The translations under genes and the position numbers were made by a program. Shown one piece after another: positions 1-13,700 of a stretch of 64,000 nucleotides of DNA. The stretch covers positions 191,518,001 to 191,582,000 of the forward strand of contig OX597814.1 of the NCBI GenBank assembly GCA_951406725.2, in the 5' to 3' direction. Source of the stretch: Octopus vulgaris. Lineage: Eukaryota. The notes under the pieces were generated by a model. The model worked only from the letters and a program-made list of their open reading frames with translations, was not told where the DNA came from and made no database searches. Every line of letters begins with the position of its first letter. Position 1 is the stretch's first letter.

Positions 1-328
1 TGGATGTAAACATACTAACACTGGTTGTCAAGTGATGGTAGGGGACAAACACAGATACAAAAACACACACATGACGAGCTTTCAGTTTCTGTCTACCAAA
101 TCCACTCACAAGGCTTTGGTTGGTCTGAGGCTATAGTAGAAGACACTTGCCCATGGTGCCATGCTGTGGGACTGAACCCGGAACCATGTAGCTGGGAAGC
201 GAACATCTTACCACACAGTCATGTCTGCACCTGTGTAATTTATTTAACTGCTTTGTGAGGAAAGTTTTTCTTCTTATATAATAAAATTATTTTGGATGGG
301 TTTTTCTATAAGAATTTCTCTTTTCTAG

Positions 329-428
329 GGTCGTCTGATAGATCTTGTGAAGAAAAAAGCCACTAATTTACGGCGAGTAACATACTTGGTATTTGATGAG
401 GCAGACAGAATGTTTGATATGGGTTTTG
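329..428 (+). CDS. DDX42: DDX42 exon (motif II DEAD)
   Basis: ttttctag|GGTCGT...TTTG|gtaagt; [33 protein letters not shown]. Confidence 0.96.
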
Positions 429-1858
429 GTAAGTGTATTTTTATCATTATTGTTATTAATTCAGGCAGTGAGCTGGCAGAATCATTAGCATGGTGGGCAA
501 AATTCTTAGTGGCATTTTGTCCATCTTCACATTATGAGTTCAAATTCTGCCAAGTTTGACTTTGTCGTTTATCCCTTCGGGGTTAGTAAATTATTTACCA
601 GCTGAACACTTTTGTCGATGTAATTGACTTACCCCGTCCCCTGAAATTGCTGGCTTTGTGCCAAAATTTGAAATCATTACCTCCACCTTAGCGAAGGCGG
701 AGGTATTATTTTCAGTGGTGTTTGTTTGTTTGTCTCTGGACAAGATATCCCAAGAACTGCTGGATAGATTCAAATGAAATTTTCTGGGATGTTTGGCCCC
801 ATGACAGGCACGAACTGATCAGATTTTGGAATTGATCCGGTACTGGACAAGGATTCTGGATTATTTTTCCTGATTTTTTTTTTACTTAATTTTTGAGAGC
901 AGTCAGGTTCATTTTTAGTACTCTCATTTGTGAGAGCAATTGAGTTTATTTCAGATATTCTCATTTTAAAAATTATCTTCAGCTAATCATTGAGAGGATG
1001 TCGGTGTTGCCTTGCCTGAGGTTTGCCCTCTCTGAGTGCTCCTGTTATTATTGTTATTATTAAGGTGATGAGCTGGCAGAATTGTTAGCTTATAAGGAAA
1101 AATGCTTAGTAGCATTTCCTCTTGCTTTTTACACGGAGTTCAAATTCCACTGAGGTTGACCTAGCCTTTTATCCTTTCGGGATTGATAAAATAAAGTACA
1201 AGGTGGGTGCTGCAGTTGATGTAATTGACCACAAATCTCAGGCCTTGCACCTATAGTAGAAAGGATTATTATTGCTATTATTATTATTATTATTATTGAG
1301 TGAGAGAGCAGTACATGCCATCAAGGTGACCCTGGGGTAAAGTATACGAAGCCCAGTATACCCATCATGACTACCTGTCTGATAAGGGTACACTAGGCAC
1401 ATGCATCACAACCATATGTGTGCGAAATGGTGATCTCATATCAAGATAAACAGCACATGACCTTGCAGGTGGGGCCCAGTTAGAATTTTCTTCTGGTTGA
1501 GTAACTCATCCCACTCAAAAGGTCCCTGAATAAGGGTTGTTTAAGGATGTTGAACGAAACACCCATGTTTCCAGAGGTGAATTATTCAAACCCCAAAGAA
1601 TCCCTCTCAACACATGGCTATGATGCTCCCCCACTACTTCTGCTCGTGATCAGAGATGCATATATTATCACCCACTAAGGGACATGCTCAACTGGTTATG
1701 GTCAAACAACTGACAAGCAAATCTGTGGTAGTGAGCAGAATATTTGCAGTAGCCCATCTTTTATACCAAGGCAAAACAATGTACATGATAACACTTTCAA
1801 TCAGTTAAGATCAGGAGCCATGAGAGCCACTGTCTGGTACTGCATCAGGGCATCTATT

Positions 1859-1889
<31 letters not shown>

Positions 1890-4800
1890 TTTGTTTGTTA
1901 GACAGCAAGCTGGTAGAATCATTAGAGCTTCAGGCAGAATGTCTTGTGTATCTCTTCTGACTCTTTATGCTCTGGGTTCAATTCACATTTGAGTCAACTT
2001 TGTGTTGCATCCATTCGGAGTTGATAAAATAAAGTATTAGTCAAATACTAGCAGTCAATGATTTTGATTAATCCTCTCTGCTCAAAATTACTGGTTTGGT
2101 GTCTAAATTAGAAATGATTATTATTGTCATTAGTATTTTCAAATTAAAACATTTTTTTTTCCCTCTAAATTTCAGAATCCCAAGTGCGGTCAATAGCTAA
2201 TCATGTTCGACCAGACCGTCAAAGTAAGTTTTTGAATTCTACTTTACACAGTGAAGAAATGGGGAAGGGCTTACAGGAGGTACTTCTTAGAGAAGCAAGC
2301 TCTTCTCTTCTAATTTTGCAGGGAAGGAGCGAGTCCTACAATCTCTCTTTTTCTCTCTCAATTTGTTTAGTAACTTCACTAAATCGGAATCGAAATCGCT
2401 CAAAAATCAATGGAAATTGTAGTTATGATACCAGTGCCGGTGGCACGTAAAAGAACCACCCGAACGTGGCTGTTGCCAGCGCTGCCCCGACTGGTCTCCG
2501 TGCCGGTGGCACGTAAAAAGCACCAACTGATCGTGGCCGTTGCCAGCCTCACCTAGCACCGTGCCAGTGGCACGTAAAAAGCACCCACTACACTCACAGA
2601 GTGGTTGGCGTTAGGAAGGGCATCCAGCTGTAGAAACACTGCCAGATCAGACTGGGACTGGTGCAGCCTCCTGGCTTCCCAGACCCCAGTCGAACCGTCC
2701 AATCCATGCTAGCATGGAAAGCGGATGTTAAACGACGACGATGATGATGACTTAATAGAAGAACATTTGTTGTTCAGTTGATACTTCCATTGTGTGAGAA
2801 GCGTGTCTTGAGTTACAAGTGCTGGGTATGGGGAAATGAATGTGGGGAAGCAGATGAAACTGGAAGAAATCGAAGTGAGACTCTTCAGTGGACAAGTGTA
2901 GAATTGCCAAGAGAGAGGAAGATGTTGTCATCATAATCATCATTTAACGTCCATTTTCCATGCTGGCATGGGTTGGACATTTTGATGGGAGCTAGCAAGT
3001 TGGAGAACTGCACCAGGGCCCAGTCTTCTGTTTTGGTATGGTTTCTATGGCTGGATGCCCTTCCTGATGCCAACCACTTTACAATGTACTGGATGCTTTT
3101 TATGTGATGCCAGCACGGGTACTTTTTATGTGGTGCCGATATGAGTGCTTGAAACAATGACTTGCAGAGAATGATGAGAATAGAGCTAGTGTTGGATGTT
3201 GTGGAAGGAAATGGGACGAACAAGCTGGATGATTTATTTGCTGAGGAAGAATGAAAGTGATTGGGTCAAATGGAAATGAATGAATGTAGTGGGGAAAAAG
3301 CTGAGAAAGACTGGGCTAACAATGATGGAGTTGGAAGTATGGGCAAAGGGTTACTGAGGGAGCATATAGGGGAAAGTGTAAAACAAAGAAGGCTGCAACC
3401 CTAGCCTCTGCTATAGCAGTGAAAAATGTCTTTCACACTCTTAACCACTATGCCATATGCCCGTGGGCATATGGCATAGAATACATGTGTACATGCATAT
3501 GGAGTGGGGGATATGAGGTGTAGTGTTGGTGAATTTCAGGAAGCATGGAAGTTTTAAAGGATGCAGTGTCTCGGCAACTAACAACTGATGCAAGTAGTTT
3601 GTTCCATGCTTCAGCAACTCTGAGTATGAAAAAAAATGTTTCCGAAAGTCATGGGAGTTGAGCTGTTTTCTGACTTTGTAGGCATGCTCACATGTGTTAG
3701 ATACATGGAGCTCAAAAAGGTGCTCAAGGTGGTTGTTGGTGCAATGGTTAATGATTTTCTGGGTGCTTACTAAGTCAGTTGCCAGACGTCAGAGCTTCAC
3801 TGTATCTTGACCCAAGGATGCCTGATGTAGGGTATTAGCTTGGTTGCACATCTCCGAATAGTTTCCAGGAGGTCAATGCCCTGAACAAAGTTCCAGGCTA
3901 GCTTTTTACATATCAGTTCTAACTCACAACCATAGCTTTTACTTCCTTCCATGACCTCCTGTTAAAGCTGTTGAAGCATAACTAACCCCAGCCTTTGCAA
4001 AGTTAATCCAGAATGCTTGTTTTATTATATTTTTTTGTTTACTTTCAGCTTTGTTGTTCAGTGCAACCTTTCGGAAGAAGGTTGAACGTCTGGCAAGAGA
4101 TATTTTGACTGATCCGATACGTGTGATTCAAGGAGAGTTAGGGGAGGTACGTTGTCTTTATTTTTAATAATTTTGGCAAAGTTTAAGGAGCTTGAATTAC
4201 TGCTTGTTGCTTGAAATTACTGCTAAAGATATTTCAAATGCTGCCAGTGGCTCAGTCCACTTTGCTATAAATAATGGGATTTTAGTATACAGTGCTTGAG
4301 GAAGTAACACGAAGCCACTTTTGTGGATATCATTCTTTGAATCAGTTAAATAAAGAAGTCTTTTATGTTGCGATCCAAAGAGGTTAAAGACCCCTTTGAT
4401 TCCTATTTTACTCGGGTGGACCCTATTAGCCACTTGATGTTTAAAATGATCCCATTATACTTTTTATAAGTAGATATAAGGAATTGTATAAAAAAAGTAT
4501 TTTTTAATATTTTGTGTATTGTAGACGTATTAGCAATCTATTGCACAGAAAATTTAACAGAATCTTGTATGGAGCCCCAAAGGGTCACATGAGCCCCCAA
4601 AGGATCACATGGATCCCAGTTAAGAAACACTAAGTAAAGAGAAGCCGCTTTAATGTGTATCATTCTTTGAATGAAAATAAAAGAAGTCTTCTGTATTGCC
4701 TCAGTGATCTCAAAAGGTTTTAGACATAAAACATTAAATATTAACAGTCTTAGTTTAAGAAAGTCTATGGAGAGCTGAACAACAGAAGGTTTTCAGAGAA

Positions 4801-7800
4801 GCCTCCCTTCATGCAAGTGTTTCAACCCTGAACTCCTTACACTCTAAGAGGAGCAGGTTGCATCCAGGTCTTGACTCCTGGATAGTCTTCTACTGCCACA
4901 TTCTGTGCTACTATTTGTATCTCAGTCTTCCTGGATGGTTAAGTTTACCCAGAACCAAGGTACCTTGTGTATTGTAACCAGTTCAGTCTAAGACACCTGT
5001 TAACTGTTGGTTCCATCCTTCCATGACCAAATCCAGTTGGAGCTCTTCTCAGCTGCTTCTTTCAGTGCCGTAAGAGCTCATTGTTGTCTATAAAATGAAT
5101 CAAAGTTAAGATATTTATTGAGGTGATAATTCAGTAGATATTTGGAACTTAGTTTGAAAGAGGAAATGCATGAGCCACTTGTGCATTAGATGTAAGCATG
5201 TTTGTCATGTAATCAAAATGTGCACAGTTCAAATTCTGTTACTAGGTTCTTTTTAATTTTTTAATCTCAGATTGTTCTTTTCCACAAATCTATCATGTTG
5301 GGTATTAAAATTTATTTGTATATATTTATATAAATCTTTCATATATATATATATAATAGTAATATTAGGGAATATTATTCCAAACTTACAGGGAAAAATT
5401 CAATTTAGAAATACTAAATCAAATTTCACAAAATATAATATATATATATATATATATCATCATCATCATCATCATCATTTAACGTCCGTTCTCCATGCTA
5501 GCATGGGTTGGACGGTTCGACCGGGGATCTGGGAAGCCAGAAGGCTGCACCAGGCTCCGGTCTTATCTGGCAATGTTTCTACAGCTGGATGCCCTTCCTA
5601 ATGCCAACCACTCCGTGAGTGTAGTGGGTGCTTTTTACGTGCCACCTGCACTGGTGCCAGGCGAGGCTGGCATTGGCCACAGTCGGATTGGTGCATTTTA
5701 CGTGCCACCTGCACGGAAGCCAGTCGAGGCGGCAATATATATATATATATATAAATCGGAATCGATTTATATATAAATCGGAATCGAAATTGAACCAATC
5801 CTATGACTGGCACCCCAGCAGATGCCAGGACCCCTGGACTGGAGATATGTAAAAAGCACTATCTGAATTGTGGCCGATGCCAGCCCTGCCTCGACTGGCT
5901 TCCGTGTCGGTGGCACGTAAAAAGCACCATCTGAATCGTGGCCGAAGCCAGTGCCGCCTTGACTGGCTTCCGTGCAGGTGGCACGTAAAATGCACCAATC
6001 CGACCGTGGCCGATGCCAGCCTCGCCTAGCACCAGTGCAGGTGGCACGTAAAAAGCACCCACTACACTCACGGAGTGGTTGGCGTTAGGAAGGGCATCCA
6101 GCTGTAGAAACATTGCCAGATAAAACCGGAGCCTGGTGCAGCCTTCTGGCTTCCCAGATCCCCGGTCGAACCGTCCAACCCATGTTAGCATGGGGAACGG
6201 ACGTTAAACGATGATGATGATATATATATATATATATCTCTCTATATAAACAGCAGTTTGTCTGTGCGTGTTTCTGTGTGTCTGTTTGCTTGTACCCTCA
6301 CCCTGACCACGGCTTTCAACCGATTCTGATGAAACTTGACACACACATAGCCCAATGTCATAATTCAAAACTAATGCAGCGAAAATTTTGAAAAGTTCCC
6401 CCAGTTCTGAAAAAAATCGATAAATTCGACATGGGGTCGAGAATCAGAAACACAAACCGCAAACTGTCTAGGGGACGCAACTCCACCTTTTTTAACTAAA
6501 AAAAAATTTACCATCATTTTTTTCCATTTTTTTGTTATTTTTTGGCTATAACTCTCTAAAAATGCTTTATAGTTATTTCCCTTACAAACCTGAGCAACGC
6601 CGGGCGATACTGCTAGTATATATATAAATTAGAAAAACCCCACCTTTTATCAATTCAACAATGAAAAAATTTAATTGTACCTTATAGAAAAAAATTAAAT
6701 ATAAGATAAAAATATATACCACTTTTTAAGTAATGTATAAAATAATAAATAAAGTGTATATATTTGGTAAAATGACTACATGTGTTTTGTGGCTATATTT
6801 AAGAATATATAGATTGATATATAGATTGATGTGTGATTATTTTTTTAAAATATACCTTTTGTATTTCTTAATTTGTGATATCGACTGATGTTCTGATATT
6901 AGGTGGTGCATGGGTCTTCCTATGTATCTGGATTTCATTGTTTTATATTGATACAAGTGTCACCTCTTTGAAATTGTAGGCCAATCAAGATGTTACCCAG
7001 CTTGTAGATGTATTACCAACAGCACCGATTAAATGGCGATGGCTACTGAAAAGACTTGTGGAATTTACCTCTTGTGAGTATCATCCACTCAAGCTTGTTA
7101 TAATTACAATTGTATATCTTATTATGTTCAGTGATAATATTTATATTGTATAGGTTCTTATATGCAATGACCAACCTACATGACAGTGTATAAGAGAATT
7201 ACTATATATGTGTATGTGTGTGTAGTACACAATATAATTGCTTCTCAGATGTACTTTTTTGCTTAGAACAGTGCTTTTGATTTCTTTTAATTACTAAAAA
7301 TTAAATTGCTGGAAATTTGTTGTCTTCAAGGTCGTTGCCAGTGCCACTGGACTGGCTCCTGTGCAGGTGGCACATAAAAAACACCATTTGAGCGTGGCCG
7401 TTGCCTGTACTGCCTGACTGGCATGTAAAAGCACCCACTATACTCTCGGAGTGGTTGGCATTAGGAAGGGCATCCAGCTGTAGAAACTCTGCCAGATCAG
7501 ATTGGAGCAGCCATCTGGCTCGCCAGTCCTCAGTCAAATTGTCCAATCCATGCCAGCATGGAAAGCGGACGTTAAATGATGATGATCATCATCAACATTT
7601 AATGTCTGTTTTCCATGCTGGCATGGGTCGGACAGTTTCACAAGAGCCAGATGGAGAACTGCGCTGGGCTCCAATTGTTTGTTGCCCTTCCTAATGCCAG
7701 TCACTTTACAGAGTGTACTGAGTGCTTTTTATTTGGCACCAGCACCACTGCTATTACATGGAGCCAGCTTTTTACGTGCTTTGTACATGACACCAGCACA

Positions 7801-10730
7801 GGTGCTTTATATATGGCACTAGCATGGCTGCTTTTTATGTGGCACCAGCATGGTTGTTTTTTACGTGACATTGGCACAAGTGTTTTTATGCGACACCAGC
7901 ATGAGTGCTTTTTATGTGGTACCTGTGAGCTCACAAAACAAGGACCTCTTGGCTGAGAGATGGTCATAAAGGACATGTCTGTATGTATGGATGGCCATGA
8001 TTTTACTAAGCTTCATCTGGTGCAGCCTTCCAGCGTGCCAGCCCAGACAAACTGTCCAACCAATGCCAGCATGGACAACCACTATTAGGGATAAAATTTC
8101 GAAATTTCATTCCTAATAGTGGTTTGGAATTTAACAGTCCTCTCTAGTGTGCAGGTAGTCCTATGCTAGATGCCTCTTATGTATTTAAATGTACACTGTA
8201 TTTATATGAATAATATATAGTCTATTGATGAAACTTTTACATGCTAGGCTACTGGTAATGGAAATTTTCTAATATTTCAGATTACCCTTTGATATTATTA
8301 ATTATATATATATACATACATATATATAGCTAAGTTTCTTAAGTGTATATGTCAGAGATTGTCATATAATAACTGAAATGTTTACATAGCTGTTGTCGAA
8401 TTTTTACTTAAACTCATAGTTAAAATGTTTTTGTTTTTCTTGTAACTTTTTATTGAAATTGCTTAAACAAATTCTTTATCGTTTATATAGTGGGCAGCAT
8501 ATTAATTTTTGTGACAAGGAAAAGCAATGCTGAGGAACTGGTCTCAAATTTGAAAAGCAAAGATTTTGAAGGTAAAAATTGGAAATAATTTATGTTATTT
8601 TCTCCCTTTTTTCTTCTTCTTATGAATGAATTAGTATTTAAAAATCTGATTGCTATGCAGATAATAAGTGCAGGCATGGCTGTGTGGTTGAGATGTTTGC
8701 TTCCCAGCTGCAATGGTTTTGGGTTCAGTCCCCTTATGCAATACCTTGGTCAAGATTATACGATTGTACCCCCAAAAATGCGGCGAGCTGGCAGGAACGT
8801 TAGCACGCCGGGCGTAATGCATAGCCATTTTTCGTCTGCTGTTACATTCTGAGTTCAAATTCCGCCGAGGTCGACTTTGCCTTTCATCCTTTCGGGGTCG
8901 ATAAATTAAGTACCAGTTACGCACTGTGGTCGATGTAATCGACTTAATCCGTTTGTCTGTCCTTGTTTGTCCCCTCTGTGTTTAGCCCCTTGTGGGTAGT
9001 AAAGAAATATATACGATTGTAGCCCAAAGCTGACCAAACACACACACACACAGACACATACATGTACACACATGGACATACACATAAATATGCATTTTTT
9101 TTTTTTTAGTTTCATAAAAATGTATTGTACAAATTTTTTAATCTCCTGAATATTTTTTCTAGTTGGGCTTCTGCATGGTGATATGGAACAGGCTGAACGA
9201 AACAAAGTCATAACAATGTTTAAGAAGAAGGAAGTTCTAATCTTAGTGGCTACTGATGTTGCTTGTAAGTATCAATGGTTATCTGCAATTATTTGTTTGT
9301 TATTCTTCATCATCATCATCATTGTTTAACGTCTGCTTTCTATGCTAACATGGGTTGGACGATTTGACTGAGGACTGGTGAACCAGATGGCTGCACCAGA
9401 CTCCGATCTGATCTGGCAGAGTTTCTACAGCTGGATGCCCTTCCTAACACCAACCATTCAGAGAGTATAGTGGGTGCTTTTATGTGCCACCGGCATGAGG
9501 GCCAGTCAGGTGGTATTGGCAACGGCCATGCTGAAATGGTGCTTTTTATGTGCCATCTGCACAGGAGCCAGTCCAGCGGCACTGGCAACGACCTCGCTCG
9601 AATACTTTTTCAAGTGCCACCAGCACAAGTGTCAGTAAGGCAATGCAGGTAACGATCATGCATAATGCAGGTAACGATCACAATTGGAAGTTAGAAAGAA
9701 GTGAAGCATTACTGGATGCGTAGTGTTAGTCTGCATGAATGATGGGACACAAATGAGTGAAAACTGCGTATAAGTGTAACTATGGTTTGCAAGGGAAGGT
9801 GTTGTACTGCTAAGGAAGGATGGTGTGTATGAAGAATGGCAATTGGTAACAAAAGTGCCAAATAATCCAAGCAGATGGAATCTGTGGAAGAGGAAAATTA
9901 AGGAAGGTATGGGAAGAAGGAAGTGATGAGAGCTGGTCTCATGGGGCTGAATTTTATCAAGGAGAAGATACAGGACTGAAATAAAAGGTGAGATGCTATG
10001 CTGGAGAAGATCTGTCTCACCAATATATGTTGTTAGAATTGTTCTTATCTCCTGGTCAGTCCTAATTTAGCAGACTTACAATTAAATGTGTTCCAGCCAC
10101 GACCATCTCACCTATTTTCTTTGTCATAATACATCCAGGATCAAATTAACCAATGTGTCCTTCTTTTCCATTATAACATAGTATAATTTTGAGTAAGATT
10201 TGGTTGCTGTTTCTAGCAGATTGAACCGGTACATTGAGTAATTTTGAAGGGTGAATGATTGACTAGCAGCTCAGATAAAGTGAAAGAAGTGAACAAGAAA
10301 ATAAATATATTTTGATGTGAATATTTTTTTTTCTTTTTGACAGCACGAGGTTTGGATATTCCCTCAATAAAAACGGTGGTGAACTATGATGTGGCCAGAG
10401 ATATTGATACTCACACTCATCGTATTGGACGTACTGGTCGAGCAGGTAAGCAGCAGGACTCGAGGGTGTGCCCAGAGATCTTCACCATCTTTCTTTTTCA
10501 GCTGGGGTAGCCATGTATCCTGGGATAGCCCTGTATCTCCTTACAACAAGACCTGTTCCTGTTCTATCATATAGGCGCAGGAGTGGCTGTGTAGTAAGAA
10601 GCTTGCTTCCCAAGCACATGGTTCTTGGTTCAGTCCCACTGCGTGGCAGCTTGGGCAAGTGTCTTCTACTATATCTTTGGGTCAACCAAAGTTTTGTGAG
10701 TGGATTTGATAGATGGAAACTGAAAGAAGT

Positions 10731-10773
<43 letters not shown>

Positions 10774-13700
10774 TTATACAAAAATTCTATAATTATGAGT
10801 ATAATTAGGTTTTCAGAAAAATTTGCTTCACCACATACTGAAATTTAGAAATAGTATTTAAACTTCTATTCTACTACCATAAGATATCTTCCAGACAGCA
10901 ATACTGTGTATGTATGTATATATATATATATATAGGCGCATGGCTCAGTGGTTAGAGCGTCGAGCTTATGGTCGTGAGTTCGAATCCCGGCTGCATGTTG
11001 TGTTCTTGAGCAAGACACTTTATTTCACGTTGCTCCACTTCACTCAGCTGTAGAAATGAGTTGCGACATCACAGGTGCCAAGCTGTATCAGCCTTTGTCT
11101 TTCCCTTGGATAACACTGGTGGTGTGTTATTGCTGAATCTTCTCAAATCTAGGGCCTTGTGCCTATATTTAAAACAATTATTATTAAAATTATTAAAACA
11201 TGTACATCTATTAGGCAAGTATTTTATGAATAATGTTTCTATATTTAAAGCCATTGTTTAGGGAATCAATGGAAATATTTCTGATATATTTTGCAGGAGA
11301 GAAAGGTTATGCATACACTTTAGTTAATGAGAAGGATAAAGATTTTGCTGGACACCTTGTACGAAACCTTGAGAGTTCCAATCAGCATGTACCTCAGAGT
11401 TTACTGGATTTAGCTATGCAGGTAACTGACAAATAAATCAATTTGTTCATTGTTTTATTTACTATTCACTTATTTACTGATTTTGAGATTTAACCCTTTA
11501 GCATTCAGATTCTTTTGTCAAATATAATGCTTATCGTTTTGAATTGAGTATGCATTATCTCATAGCTTTAAAATTTCAATGATGTTAATTTATTTTTAAA
11601 AATCTAATGAAAATTGTAGTTATGATACCTGTGCCGGTGGCATGTAAAAAGCACCATCTGAACTTGGCTGCTGCCAGCACTGCCTGATTGGTGCCCGTGT
11701 CGGTGACACGTAAAAAGCATCAACCGATCGTGGCCATAAAAAGCAACCACTACACTAACAGAGTGGTTGGCATTAGGAAGGGCATCCAGCCGTAGAAACA
11801 CTGCCAGATCAGACTGGAGCCTGGCGCAGCCTCCTGGCTTCCCAGACCCCGGTCGAACCATCCAACCCATGCTACCATGGAAAACGGACGTTAAACAATG
11901 ATGATGATGATGAATGACATTGTAAGGTAGATGTAAGAGGCCAGATCTGGCCAATTTCAACCTAAAATAGGTAGCATATTTGGCCAGATATGGCCAATTT
12001 CAACCTAAAATAGGTAGCATATTTGGGCCAGATATGGCCAGTTTAGATGCTAAAGGGTTAAATATGTGTGTTCTGGTGGTAAAATATTTTGTGCAGTAAA
12101 TTCCTTCTTTTAAGCGTTTTATTTATTTTTTTTAAATTCCATTAAAATTTTTTTTTGTGAAAGTACATTTTGTGAGCTTTAGTTAAACATCTGTTTGCAC
12201 TAAATAGTTGAACTACTTGACTCAAGATAACCTATGTTACCCACAAGTGAGAACCTTAGAGAAATTCAGTGAAAGGGATACTGTCACTCTAAATATCCAT
12301 GCTCTCATGCTGATTCAGTTTGCATTAGTTTAAGCAGAATGTGAATGGTAACAATCTCACCAGTCTCAGAGAACCTCTGATGACCATAGGTACTGTTTCT
12401 TCCTTCAGATACTCAAAGTTAAGTTTTAAAATATTTTACTCCAGCCATTGCACTTGTACTTATAGACCTGGCAAATTATTGGGTTTGTTTAGTTATAAAA
12501 TAATTGTCCCACCTGCTTCATCATTAAGTGACGAATGCTTGAAAAACCATCCATTTATGGAAATATTACTATGTAAGGAAATCGAAATCAAATTCGATGA
12601 CTGGCATCTGTGCTAGTGGAGTGCTCTAAGCACCATCCAAGCATGATCTTTGCCAGAGCAGCAAACTGGCTTCCATGCTGGTGGCACGTAAAAAGTACCA
12701 TTTGAGTATGATTGTTACCAGCGTCACCTTACTGGCACTTGTGCTGGTGGCACGTGAAAAAACATTCGAGCGAGGTTGTTATCAGTGCCGCTGGACTGGC
12801 TCCTGTGCAGGTGGCACGTAAAAAACACCATTTGAGTGTGGCCGTTGCCAGTACTGCCTGACTGGCTCTCATGCCGGTGGCACGTAAAAGCACTCACTCC
12901 ACTCTCGGAGTGGTTGGCATTAGGAAGGGCATCCAGCTGTAGAAACTCTGCCAGATCAAGATTGGAGCCTGGTGCAGCCATCTGGCTCACCAGAAATTCA
13001 GTCAAATCGTCCAATGCATGCTAGCATGGAAAGCGGACGTTAAACGATGATGATGATGTATGAAAATATCCAAATTTGTAAAAGCCATTTCCTGATGTTA
13101 CTCTCATATAAAAATACAATGCAAATAGACATGAATGCTTAAACTTCATGTTGGAAATATATCATTGGTTTTCTTTTTATTTTCTCCATTACAGAATTCT
13201 TGGTTTCGGAAAAGTCGTTTCAAGCAAGGGAAGGGTAAAAAAGTGAACACTATGGGTAAAGTTTTTGGATATCGGGAACGACCTGGATTAGGGGCAGAAA
13301 ATGTAAGTTCAAGGCTTCATCATGCCATCTTTTTACCTACATGTCTTGTGTTGTTTTTTGTAAATTTTACCTGTCATTGTAAATGCCTTATGAAAGTGTA
13401 AGTTGAAGTGTAATGTGTTAAGTGAGGGGTTTTACTAAAGCAGAACAAATTAATATAATTTATTTGTATCATGTATCATCCAATATATGAACAATAGGGT
13501 TGTTGGTTTTAAGCTTGCAATGAACCAGTTGCTGGTTCATTGTGATCTTGATGGTGAAAGTGATGAGGTAGTATCTGTGCAACTTAGGACCAATAAATAC
13601 CACTAGGTATTTCAGTTTCCTGCATTATTACTTATGACAATTTTCTCAGCAATATGTATGTCTTTCACTGATAGACAACACACACACACACACACAGTGG

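Noticed and set aside
5880-6060. Pistol or twister ribozyme reading of the GCACGTAAAAAGCACC unit
   Set aside because: There is no room for pistol P2 between the A-rich linker and the pseudoknot strand, and no twister GTCCCAAGCCC/TAA core
9255-10360. DDX42 motif V reads SRGLD rather than ARGLD
   Set aside because: SRGLD is a normal variant in DEAD-box helicases (e.g. DDX5/DDX17)
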